The position numbers and the translations under genes are program-made. Source: Rikenellaceae bacterium (GTDB lineage Bacteria > Bacteroidota > Bacteroidia > Bacteroidales > Rikenellaceae). Taken from it: DNA of 64,000 nt. This document shows positions 1-7,749 of the stretch, one piece after another. The notes below the pieces were generated by a model. It saw only the letters and a list, made by a program, of their open reading frames with translations. It had not been told where the DNA came from and searched no databases. Position 1 is the stretch's first letter; every line of letters starts with the position of its first letter. The stretch covers positions 204,403 through 268,402 of the forward strand of contig SUZK01000001.1 of assembly GCA_015059955.1 (NCBI GenBank). The letters run 5' to 3'.

Positions 1-30
1 TTTACGATTTACACAGACACCTTTAGGTGT

Positions 31-96
31 GCAAGGCATAGCCTTGCCACAAGCCTCCCTTTGCCAAAGGGAGGTTTGGAGGGAATGTAAATATAA
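31..96 (+). repeat. Short structured intergenic repeat, copy 1 (hairpins GCAAGGC..GCCTTGC and CCTCCCTTTG..CAAAGGGAGG, then TTTGGAGGGAATGTAAATATA)
   Basis: About 80 percent identical by eye over about 65 bp to 39351-39414, in the same orientation. Both copies keep the two hairpins and the TTTGGAGGGA(A/T)TGTAAA tail. Confidence 0.6.
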
Positions 97-256
97 TTTA
101 TATAATATACTGAGTATTTTAATAGTTACGGTTTTTAATTTTCTGCTACGTCAGTAGCATCATGGCTATGAGAACTAATTAAGTTTACTTACAAAAGTTC
201 TTATAGACATGATGGAGGTGCATAGCACCAGAAAATTAAAAATTATCGCATCACTA

Positions 257-622
257 CTATTTCTTAAAGATAAAATACACGGCCAACACCAAACATGCGA
301 AGCCCACAAAGTGGTTCCACTTCAACCCCTCGTGCATGAATATCACCATAAAGAGCGTGAAGACCACAAGCGACACCACCTCCTGAATAACCTTTAGGTG
401 CCACAGCGTAAATGGGCCTCCCATAGCCTCGCTACCGATGCGGTTGGCAGGTACCTGGAAGCAGTACTCGAAGAGTGCTACCGCCCAGCTAATGAGTATG
501 ATGGCGATGATGCCATAGCGCTCCAACCTCGACTTAAAGGCGATGTGTCCATACCAAGCCAAGGTCATAAATATATTGGAGCATATAAGTAGTAGTATCG
601 TTCCTATTCCGCGTGCTAACAT
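257..622 (-). CDS. DMT-superfamily small membrane protein (DUF486 family)
   Basis: The ATG at 622 gives 121 aa; the 670 start in the ORF track is a TTG. The N-terminus GIGTILLLICSNIFMTLAWYGH and four hydrophobic helices match the DUF486 pattern. Confidence 0.75.
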   Translation of the reverse strand: MLARGIGTILLLICSNIFMTLAWYGHIAFKSRLERYGIIAIILISWAVALFEYCFQVPANRIGSEAMGGPFTLWHLKVIQEVVSLVVFTLFMVIFMHEGLKWNHFVGFACLVLAVYFIFKK

Positions 623-742
623 AGTATCAAATATTGAAGATTTGGCCGCAAAGGTAATCAAAAATATCAATCCTTGCCCCAGATGAGAGTAATAAATATA
701 GGTAATGTCGACTAATTGTTTGGGTATCTCGCATTTTCGTTG

Positions 743-750
743 TACATTTG
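743..750 (+). promoter_or_regulatory. Bacteroidetes -7 promoter box TACATTTG (TAnnTTTG)
   Basis: Exact match to the TAnnTTTG consensus, 37 nt upstream of the ATG at 787. Confidence 0.45.
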
Positions 751-786
751 TGGCGATTTTTGAAAAACTAAAACTATAACGATAAG

Positions 787-2799
787 ATGAACAAGATTTT
801 TGGTTTGACCGCTATGGGTATTTTTGCTGTGTCAACGATGGCCACAGCTCAGGAGCCTGAGCAGCCATGGGTTGTTGACCGTTTCGATGACATCAAGGTT
901 ATTCGCTATGAGGTTCCTGGCTTCGAGAACCTCTCGGCTAAGGAGAAGGAGTATGTGTACTACCTCTCTGAGGCAGCTAAGTGTGGCCGCGACATCCTCT
1001 TCGATCAGAACTTCAAGTATGGCATCGCCGTGCGTCGTACGCTCGAGACCATCTACACCTCGACTACCGAGCGCGAGGGTCAGGAGTTCGAGGCCTTCGA
1101 GAAGTATTTGAAGAAGGTGTGGTTCGCTAATGGCATCCACCACCACTACTCGAACGATAAGTTTACGCCTGAGTTCTCTGAGGAGTGGTTCCGTGCGCAG
1201 CTCGGCAAGTATATCAACGACACCAACAGAGAGATTGACGATGAGCTTCTCTGCAAGATTCTCTTCGACAAGGAGCTCTACGCATCGCGCCTAAACCAGA
1301 AGGCTGGCGTTGATGTTATCACAGCATCTGCGAACAACTACTACGAGGGTGTCAACCAGGAGGAGGTAGAGGCATTCTATGCCGCTATGGCTGCTGCCGA
1401 CGAGGGCAACCCAGAGCCTATCTCGTATGGTCTTAACTCGAAGCTCGTAAAGAACGACAAGGGTGAGGTCGTGGAGCGCGTATGGCACATCGGCGGTATG
1501 TACTCGCCAGCCATCGAGAAGATTGTATACTGGTTGGAGAAGGCTCAGAAGGTGGCTAACCCCGTGCAGCGCAAGTATATTAAGGAGCTTATCAAGTACT
1601 ATCGCACCGGCGACCTTAAGTACTTCGATAGCTACAACATTCTCTGGGTTAAGGATACCGAGTCGCACGTAGACTTCGTGAATGGCTTTATCGAGAGCTA
1701 TGGCGATCCATTGGGTCGTAAGGCTTCATGGGAGTCTGTGGTAAACTTCCGCGATGTTGAGGCTTGCAAGCGCACCGAGATTATCTCTAAGTATGCTCAG
1801 TGGTTCGAGGACAACGCTCCTATCAACCCTGCATACCGCAAGGAGGAGGTTAAGGGCGTATCGGCAAAGGTTATCACCGTGGCTATGCTCGGCGGCGACT
1901 GCTTCCCTGCAACAGCCATCGGCATCAACCTTCCAAATGCCGACTGGATTCGTAAGGAGCACGGCTCTAAGTCGGTGACTATCGACAACATCACCTATGC
2001 CTACGACAAGGCGGCTCAGGGCAATGGCTTCGCTGAGGAGTTCGTACTTCGCGCCGAGGACCGCGAGCGCATGGCTAAGTATGGCAAGCTCTCGGATGAC
2101 CTCCACACCGACCTCCACGAGTGCCTCGGCCACGGCTCAGGTCAGCTTGCTCCTGGCACTAAGGGTGACGAGCTACGCACCTACTCATCTACATTGGAGG
2201 AGGCGCGTGCCGACCTCTTTGCACTCTACTACTTGGGTGACGAGAAGCTTATCGAGATTGGCCTTATCCCAACGTTGGATGTGGCATGGGCACAGTATAG
2301 CAAGTATATCATGAACGGCATGCAGACACAGCTCTCGCGTATCGAGCTTGGCAAGGATGTCGAGGAGTCGCACATGCGTAACCGCAAGCTCATCGCCGAG
2401 TGGTGCTACGAGAAGGGCAAGGCCGAGAACGTTATCGAGATTGTCGAGAAGGATGGCAAGCACTACGTTGTTGTCAACGACTTCGTACGCCTCCGCGAGC
2501 TCTTTGGCGAGCTTCTATGCGAGGTGCAGCGCATCAAGTCGGAGGGCGACTATGAGGCTGGTAAGGCTCTTGTAGAGGACTACGCCGTAAAGGTAGAGCC
2601 TACCTTCCACGCTGAGGTTATCGCTCGTAACAAGGCACTCAACATCGAGCCTTACGGTGGCTTCGTAAACCCTGAGTACACCCCTGTATACGACAAGAAG
2701 GGTCGCATCATCGACGTTAAGATTAGCTACCCTGCAAACTACGTGCAGCAGCACTTGGATTATGGCAAGAACTACTCGTTCCTACCATCACTAAACTAA
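787..2799 (+). CDS. Peptidase family M49, dipeptidyl-peptidase III (secreted/periplasmic)
   Basis: 670 aa with a signal peptide (MNKIFGLTAMGIFAVSTMATAQ). Zinc motifs HECLGH and EEARADL are as in bacterial DPP III. Confidence 0.9.
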   Translation: MNKIFGLTAMGIFAVSTMATAQEPEQPWVVDRFDDIKVIRYEVPGFENLSAKEKEYVYYLSEAAKCGRDILFDQNFKYGIAVRRTLETIYTSTTEREGQEFEAFEKYLKKVWFANGIHHHYSNDKFTPEFSEEWFRAQLGKYINDTNREIDDELLCKILFDKELYASRLNQKAGVDVITASANNYYEGVNQEEVEAFYAAMAAADEGNPEPISYGLNSKLVKNDKGEVVERVWHIGGMYSPAIEKIVYWLEKAQKVANPVQRKYIKELIKYYRTGDLKYFDSYNILWVKDTESHVDFVNGFIESYGDPLGRKASWESVVNFRDVEACKRTEIISKYAQWFEDNAPINPAYRKEEVKGVSAKVITVAMLGGDCFPATAIGINLPNADWIRKEHGSKSVTIDNITYAYDKAAQGNGFAEEFVLRAEDRERMAKYGKLSDDLHTDLHECLGHGSGQLAPGTKGDELRTYSSTLEEARADLFALYYLGDEKLIEIGLIPTLDVAWAQYSKYIMNGMQTQLSRIELGKDVEESHMRNRKLIAEWCYEKGKAENVIEIVEKDGKHYVVVNDFVRLRELFGELLCEVQRIKSEGDYEAGKALVEDYAVKVEPTFHAEVIARNKALNIEPYGGFVNPEYTPVYDKKGRIIDVKISYPANYVQQHLDYGKNYSFLPSLN

Positions 2800-2838
2800 T
2801 ATCAATAAATCACATTTTAACTTAAACAATAGACGATT

Positions 2839-3393
2839 ATGAAAGTAGCAATGAATAAGATGGTGAGCGTTGACTATAAGCTCACCGTAGATGGCGCTAT
2901 CGCCGACCAGTCGCAGCCAGGCCAGCCTTTGGAGTTTATCTATGGCATGGGCATGCTTCTCCCAAAGTTCGAGGAGGCTATCAAGGATAAGGAGCCAGGC
3001 GACTCTGTAGCCTTCACCCTTGAGGCTAAGGATGGCTACGGCGAGGTTATCGCTGAGGCTATCGTGGAGCTTCCTAAGACCGTATTTATGATGGACGGCA
3101 AGGTTGCCGAGGATATCCTCTTCGTAGGTAGCCAGATTCCTATGGCAACAGCCGACGGTCAGCCTATGATGGGCGTTGTTAAGGAGGTTAAGGAGGAGAG
3201 CGTCGTTATGGACTTCAACCACCCTATGGCAGGCAAGACCCTCAACTTCGAGGTTACCGTTGTTGATGTTCGCGACACTACCCCTGAGGACCTCAGCAAG
3301 TTCATGGGCGGCGGTTGCAGCTGTGGTGACTGCGGCGGTGGCTGTGGTGAGCATGAGTGTGGTGAGGGTTGTGATTGCGGTGGCTGCAATTAA
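2839..3393 (+). CDS. slyD: FKBP-type peptidyl-prolyl cis-trans isomerase, SlyD-like, with Cys/Gly-rich C-terminal tail
   Basis: The N-terminus MKVAMNKMVSVDYKLTVDG...FIYGMGMLLPKFEEAI follows the SlyD FKBP plus IF-domain pattern. The tail is GGGCSCGDCGGGCGEHECGEGCDCGGCN. Confidence 0.85.
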   Translation: MKVAMNKMVSVDYKLTVDGAIADQSQPGQPLEFIYGMGMLLPKFEEAIKDKEPGDSVAFTLEAKDGYGEVIAEAIVELPKTVFMMDGKVAEDILFVGSQIPMATADGQPMMGVVKEVKEESVVMDFNHPMAGKTLNFEVTVVDVRDTTPEDLSKFMGGGCSCGDCGGGCGEHECGEGCDCGGCN

Positions 3394-3518
3394 TTTGTTG
3401 TGATAAGGGGCATCCTTCGACGCCTCAATCCAAAGAGCGAATGGGAAATACGTCAAGTATGTCCCATCCGCTCTTTCTCTTTATCGGCGCCAAATTATGC
3501 CCCTTCTGACAACAAATT
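3392..3518 (+). repeat. Palindromic 3'-flank element (PIE family), copy 1
   Basis: Terminal inverted repeats AATTTGTTGTGATAAGGGGCAT / ATGCCCCTTCTGACAACAAATT. Nested stems CGCC/GGCG. Central hairpin GAGCGAATGGGA..TCCCATCCGCTC. It starts inside the slyD TAA stop. Confidence 0.8.
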
Positions 3519-3640
3519 TGCTGTGATAGCGGCGCATTAGCGACGCTTCAATCAAATCCCCGAATGGGAAATACGTCAGTATGTCCCATCCGGGGATTTA
3601 TCATGTCAGCGCCACTACTGCACCACTCTGACAACAAATT
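3515..3640 (+). repeat. Palindromic 3'-flank element (PIE family), copy 2, abutting copy 1
   Basis: Starts AATTTGCTGTGATAGCGGCGCATTAGCGACGC, of which GTGATAGCGGCGCATTAGCGACGC (24 nt) is identical to the reverse-strand copy at 19292-19406. Central hairpin CCCCGAATGGGA..TCCCATCCGGGG. Ends TCTGACAACAAATT. Confidence 0.8.
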
Positions 3641-3678
3641 GGGGTTGCGGTGCTAATTAATGTTGCGGTTAATGAATT

Positions 3679-3786
3679 TAGGGAATATAGGGATTTTAGG
3701 GAATATGGGGAATATGGGGAATATGGGGAGTTTGGGGTCTGCTCCTTAGTCTCCTTAACTTCCTTAAACTCTCTATTCTCTCTATC
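3679..3786 (+). repeat. Tandem array with 9-bp periodicity (7 G-run units then 5 pyrimidine-rich units)
   Basis: Units are TAGGGAATA, TAGGGATTT, TAGGGAATA, TGGGGAATA, TGGGGAATA, TGGGGAGTT, TGGGGTCTG, then CTCCTTAGT, CTCCTTAAC, TTCCTTAAA, CTCTCTATT, CTCTCTATC. Positions 3707-3737 read GGGG-N5-GGGG-N5-GGGG-N5-GGGG. Confidence 0.9.
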
Positions 3787-3845
3787 ATGGGGGCTTTGCC
3801 CGCCCATCTTTCCTCTTTCATCTTTGCTCTTTCCTCTTTTTTTCT

Positions 3846-3853
3846 TATCTTTG
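3846..3853 (+). promoter_or_regulatory. -7 promoter box TATCTTTG for the kinase gene
   Basis: Exact TAnnTTTG match 30 nt upstream of the ATG at 3883. It lies inside the longer 3787 ORF, which argues for the 3883 start. Confidence 0.5.
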
Positions 3854-3882
3854 TGTCACAGAAACAATTTACCGCTACTACT

Positions 3883-5523
3883 ATGCATCTAAAATCTGAC
3901 ACACTTCTTAAGCGTGGCGAGTATCGCATTATCGAGACCTTGGGTCGCGGAGGCTTCGGCATCACGTATCTCGCCGAGCAGGTCAACCTACACCGTAAGG
4001 TCTGCATCAAGGAGTTTTTCCCTAAGGACTATTTTAAACGTGACGAGGACAGCGTAAGCATTAGCCTACTCTCGGAGAGTTTTAAGGAGAATATGTCGCG
4101 CTTCAAGGCCAAGTTTGTCAAGGAGGCACAAACCATCGCTACGCTCAACCACGCAAATATTATCCCCATCCACGATGTCTTCGAGGAGAACGGCACAGCC
4201 TACTACGTTATGGATTATATCGAGGGTGAGTCGCTTAGCGAACGTGTTAAACGCGGTGGTGCTATGAGCGAGCGCGATGCTGTGGCCTATATCAGGCAAG
4301 TGGCTTCGGCATTGGGCTATATCCACGCGCGACAGATTATGCACCTCGACGTGAAGCCAGGCAATATCATGGTGCGCGAGGAGGATAGACGCGCCATATT
4401 GATTGACTTTGGTCTCTCGAAGCACTACGATGCAACGAGTGGCGAGGCTACCTCTACGACACCTGTCGGCGTGAGCCATGGCTACGCCCCTATGGAGCAG
4501 TACCAGGATGGTGGTGTTAGCACCTTCTCGCCCGAAACCGATATCTACTCGTTGGGTGCAACACTCTATTTTCTTGTTACGGGCAATGTGCCACCTCAGA
4601 CTACGGTTGTTGCCGAGCAGGGTCTTCCCAATATTGAGGGCCTTTCGTCAAACATCCGCAAGGCCATAGAGATATCTATGTCCTACTGGCGCAAGGATAG
4701 ACCTCACACAATCAAGGAGTTCTTGGCAATGTTGGATGGTGACGAGGCGATTGTCATGGTACTTGCCGATGAGTCGGAGAAGACAAAGATTGTTACGCCA
4801 CAGCCAAAACCACAACCAAGAGTTGAACAACCCCAGCCTAAAACACCAATTGAACCCGCACCAAAGCCGAAGAGAAGCCGTGGGTGGGTGTGGCTACTCG
4901 GCTTACTGCTAATTGGTGGTGGCGTACGGTTTATTTTTGGTGATAATAACACAGAGAGTGAAGCATTGCCAGAAGAGAATGTAGAGAGTGAAGTATTACC
5001 GGAGACCTCTACTCCATATCAGGTAGGTGACCTATACAATGAGAATGGCAAGCAGGGCGTTGTCTTTGAGGTAACAGCCGATGGTCGCCATGGAAAGATT
5101 GTGTCGCTCGATGAGGCTCAACTTGCTTGGGATTCGCGTGTTGAGTGGAGTGATTCAGAACAAGACTTCATTAATGGTACCGAGATAGGCGCCAATGATA
5201 TGAGTGATGGCAAGGCGAATACCGATATGATAATGCAGCGAGGAGATAGCGACCAATATCCCGCCTTTGTTTGGTGTCGTGATAAAGGCGAAGATTGGTA
5301 TCTGCCGGCTAAGGATGAGTTAGAGGCTATATATAATACGTCAGCAATTAATTCCACATTGGCTGAATATGGTGCTCAGCATACAGTTGGATGGTATTGG
5401 TCGTCAACGGAGTATGAAGATGAGCCTGAGTTTTGCGCGTGGCTTGTCCATATGTATGACGGTAGCACCTACAACCTCGGTAAGTACGGCAGCCTCTATG
5501 TGCGCGCTGTCTCCGCTTTTTAA
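3883..5523 (+). CDS. Hanks-type Ser/Thr protein kinase with one TM helix and an extracytoplasmic DUF1566 (Lcl C-terminal-like) domain
   Basis: Kinase motifs GRGGFGITYLA (G-loop), VCIKEF (Lys), HLDVKPGNIM (catalytic loop), DFG and APME. These are followed by a Pro-rich linker, the TM helix WVWLLGLLLIGGGVRFIF, and a C-terminal 168 aa (5017-5520) with YPAFVWC..GEDWYLPAKDEL..WYWSS..YVRAVSAF. Confidence 0.85.
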   Translation: MHLKSDTLLKRGEYRIIETLGRGGFGITYLAEQVNLHRKVCIKEFFPKDYFKRDEDSVSISLLSESFKENMSRFKAKFVKEAQTIATLNHANIIPIHDVFEENGTAYYVMDYIEGESLSERVKRGGAMSERDAVAYIRQVASALGYIHARQIMHLDVKPGNIMVREEDRRAILIDFGLSKHYDATSGEATSTTPVGVSHGYAPMEQYQDGGVSTFSPETDIYSLGATLYFLVTGNVPPQTTVVAEQGLPNIEGLSSNIRKAIEISMSYWRKDRPHTIKEFLAMLDGDEAIVMVLADESEKTKIVTPQPKPQPRVEQPQPKTPIEPAPKPKRSRGWVWLLGLLLIGGGVRFIFGDNNTESEALPEENVESEVLPETSTPYQVGDLYNENGKQGVVFEVTADGRHGKIVSLDEAQLAWDSRVEWSDSEQDFINGTEIGANDMSDGKANTDMIMQRGDSDQYPAFVWCRDKGEDWYLPAKDELEAIYNTSAINSTLAEYGAQHTVGWYWSSTEYEDEPEFCAWLVHMYDGSTYNLGKYGSLYVRAVSAF

Positions 5524-5562
5524 GATTTAGGCTTGTCGGTAGCGACCACAGCATTATTCTTT

Positions 5563-5596
5563 CTCCTCGCGTCCGAAAAGCGCGAGGAGTTTTTTT
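5563..5596 (+). terminator. Rho-independent terminator after the kinase gene
   Basis: 9-bp GC-rich stem CTCCTCGCG/CGCGAGGAG with a 9-nt loop, followed by T7. Confidence 0.8.
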
Positions 5597-5665
5597 GTTC
5601 AGCGAGGATTTGTTGCGGGCGTGAGCTTAAAGGGTTCGGGCGTTGCTAATTGAAACCCCAAACCT

Positions 5666-5708
5666 CAAAAATAGGAGACCGACTAAAAATCACTTTTAGT
5701 CGGTCTCC
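5666..5708 (-). terminator. Terminator hairpin after yidC (15-bp perfect stem)
   Basis: GGAGACCGACTAAAA-atcac-TTTTAGTCGGTCTCC, followed on the minus strand by TATTTTTG. Confidence 0.7.
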
Positions 5709-5749
5709 AAGATTAATATCATCTGCTCTCGCTATCGGCGCTATCGGCG

Positions 5750-7690
5750 CTATCGGCGCTGGCGGCGCTGCTCGCGGTTGAGCTGCTCCTGCTGCTGGCG
5801 TAGTGCCTCCTCGTAGCGCTCCTGGAAGCGTGACTTCTTACGAGGCTTAGCGGCATTTGCCAAGAGACGCTCACGTACCTTATTGTCGTCAACAGAGCGA
5901 CGGATGATGTACATGATAAGCATCGTAAGCATCTGCGATAGGAAGTAGTAGTAGCACAAGCCTGATGAGTAGCCGTTGAAGAAGAAGAGCATCATCACAG
6001 GCATAAAGTAGACCATCATAAACTTCATCACACCCGCACCTGGCTGACCTGCCGTAGTTGCGGCCTGCTGCTTATAGGTGATATACGAGTAGCCGAAGAG
6101 TGATATAGCCATGAGTAGCGCAAAGAGGCTCACGTGGCTGCCATAGAATGGAATGTTGAATGGCAAATCAATGATGCTATCGTATGACGATAGGTCGTCG
6201 GCCCACAAGAAGCTCTGGCCACGAAGCTCGATACTTGCGGGGAAGAAGCGGAACATAGCCCAGAGGATAGGCATCTGGATAAGGAGTGGCAAGCAGCCGC
6301 CCATAGGGCTAACCCCCGCCTTGCGGTACAACTCCATAAGTGCCTGCTGCTTCTTCATAGCATCCTCAGGCTTTGGATACTTCTTGTTTATATCCTCCAT
6401 CTCGGGGCGTATAGCACGCATCTTTGCCGTCGACATATAGCTCTTATAGGTCAATGGTAGGATGATGAGCTTAACGATAATCGTAAGGATAAGGATGATA
6501 AGACCGAAGCCGAGACCATTGTTACTCAACCAGTTGAAGATAGGAATGGTGAGATAGCGGTTGAACCAGCCGATAAGCCAGCCACCCATAGGGATAATCT
6601 CGTCGAGGTTATTCTCCTTGCCCGCAAACGACACGTCGCTCATAATCTTATAGTCGTTAGGACCATAGTAGAATGCGAAAGCGTAGGTGCCGTTGCCCTT
6701 GTTAGGGATGATGATACGTGTGTCGAAGGCCTTGACGAAGCCGCTCGTCTCATCCTTGGCTGTCGAGAAGCCCATACCGGCGTGCATAACATCCTCGGCC
6801 AAGAGTGCCGATGTGAAGTACTGCTGCTTGAGGGCTATCCAGTCGAGGTTGCGGTGGTGCTCACGCTCGCCCGTAGCATCAATCTCGTCGCTCTCCTCCT
6901 CCTCGCTGTCGTAATACATGATGGTAGATGCAGCGCTCTCGTTAGTGAAGCTCTTCTCATTGCGCATAGACTCGCTCTTCCAACGTAGGATAATCTCATC
7001 GTTGCTACGCAGGTACTTGCCAATATTCGATACATCGAGGTCGAAATCAACAAGGTGGTCCTTGCTGGGGTTGCCTGTGCGGTTGAGCGTGTATGTATAC
7101 TTAACCATGCCACCCTCATTGTCAACAGGGAGGGTCATGATAACCTTCTCAACGATGCCATCCTCGTTTACAACAGGGGTGCAGTCGAAGAGGTAGTCGT
7201 TGGTGTTGATAGCCTCGTGGTTGGCGCCATGGCGGTGTAGGTCGATACCGAAGTATGCCGAGCCAGGGTTGATGAGGTTTACATTCTCATCCTTGCCGTA
7301 GCGGTTGTGCTCCTTGATTAAGACGCTCGAAATCTTACCACCCACAGGGTTAAACGTAACGGTCATCACGTCGTTCTCGACAACGATTGGCTCAACATCC
7401 TTTACGTTGTAGCGCTCGATAAGTGCTGCGCCGTGGTATGCCAGCTCTTCATTCTTGGCATCCTGCTCAGCCTGAGCCTTTTCTGCTGCCTTCTGCTCAG
7501 GAGTCTTTGCCTCCTCTTTAGCCCTCTTCTCTGCCTCGATGATGGCCTTAGCGTCATTTGCCGCCTTCTGCTTCTCAATATTCTCGCGGCGAATCTTATC
7601 TGCCTCCTCTTGTTCATGGCCCATGTAGAACGAGTAGCCGACAAATACGGCAACCATCAATACTAAGCCAATAATCGTTTTCTTGTCCAT
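5750..7690 (-). CDS. yidC: Membrane protein insertase YidC
   Basis: 646 aa with an N-terminal TM helix and a large periplasmic domain. The C-terminal 5-TM Oxa1 core includes GGCLPLLIQMPILWAMF, and the tail is basic. It is adjacent to pyrG, as is usual in Bacteroidetes. Confidence 0.92.
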   Translation of the reverse strand: MDKKTIIGLVLMVAVFVGYSFYMGHEQEEADKIRRENIEKQKAANDAKAIIEAEKRAKEEAKTPEQKAAEKAQAEQDAKNEELAYHGAALIERYNVKDVEPIVVENDVMTVTFNPVGGKISSVLIKEHNRYGKDENVNLINPGSAYFGIDLHRHGANHEAINTNDYLFDCTPVVNEDGIVEKVIMTLPVDNEGGMVKYTYTLNRTGNPSKDHLVDFDLDVSNIGKYLRSNDEIILRWKSESMRNEKSFTNESAASTIMYYDSEEEESDEIDATGEREHHRNLDWIALKQQYFTSALLAEDVMHAGMGFSTAKDETSGFVKAFDTRIIIPNKGNGTYAFAFYYGPNDYKIMSDVSFAGKENNLDEIIPMGGWLIGWFNRYLTIPIFNWLSNNGLGFGLIILILTIIVKLIILPLTYKSYMSTAKMRAIRPEMEDINKKYPKPEDAMKKQQALMELYRKAGVSPMGGCLPLLIQMPILWAMFRFFPASIELRGQSFLWADDLSSYDSIIDLPFNIPFYGSHVSLFALLMAISLFGYSYITYKQQAATTAGQPGAGVMKFMMVYFMPVMMLFFFNGYSSGLCYYYFLSQMLTMLIMYIIRRSVDDNKVRERLLANAAKPRKKSRFQERYEEALRQQQEQLNREQRRQRR

Positions 7691-7749
7691 CTAAATAACT
7701 CTATTTTCTCTTAATCTGTTTTTGCGGTGCAAAGTAAATCTAATTTTTG

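Noticed and set aside
623-670. Longer start (position 670) for the DUF486 gene
   Set aside because: Position 670 is a TTG. The conserved family N-terminus begins near the ATG at 622.
2791-3456. 221-aa minus-strand ORF antisense to slyD
   Set aside because: It is a mirror ORF of a gene with clear homology. Its product is low-complexity (TTLTTLMLTTATAAVTTAATAA) and runs into the palindromic repeat.
3787-3882. N-terminal 32-codon extension of the kinase ORF (MGALPAHLSSFIFALSSFFLIFVSQKQFTATT)
   Set aside because: It is translated from the pyrimidine-rich repeat region and contains the TATCTTTG -7 box at 3846-3853. The kinase domain begins right after the ATG at 3883.
3601-4010. Three ORFs (3601-3807 minus, 3650-3892 plus, 3696-4010 minus) across the 9-bp repeat array
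   Set aside because: Their translations are repeat artefacts (PYSPYSPYS, EYGEYGEYGE, IPHIPHIP), and they overlap each other and the kinase promoter.
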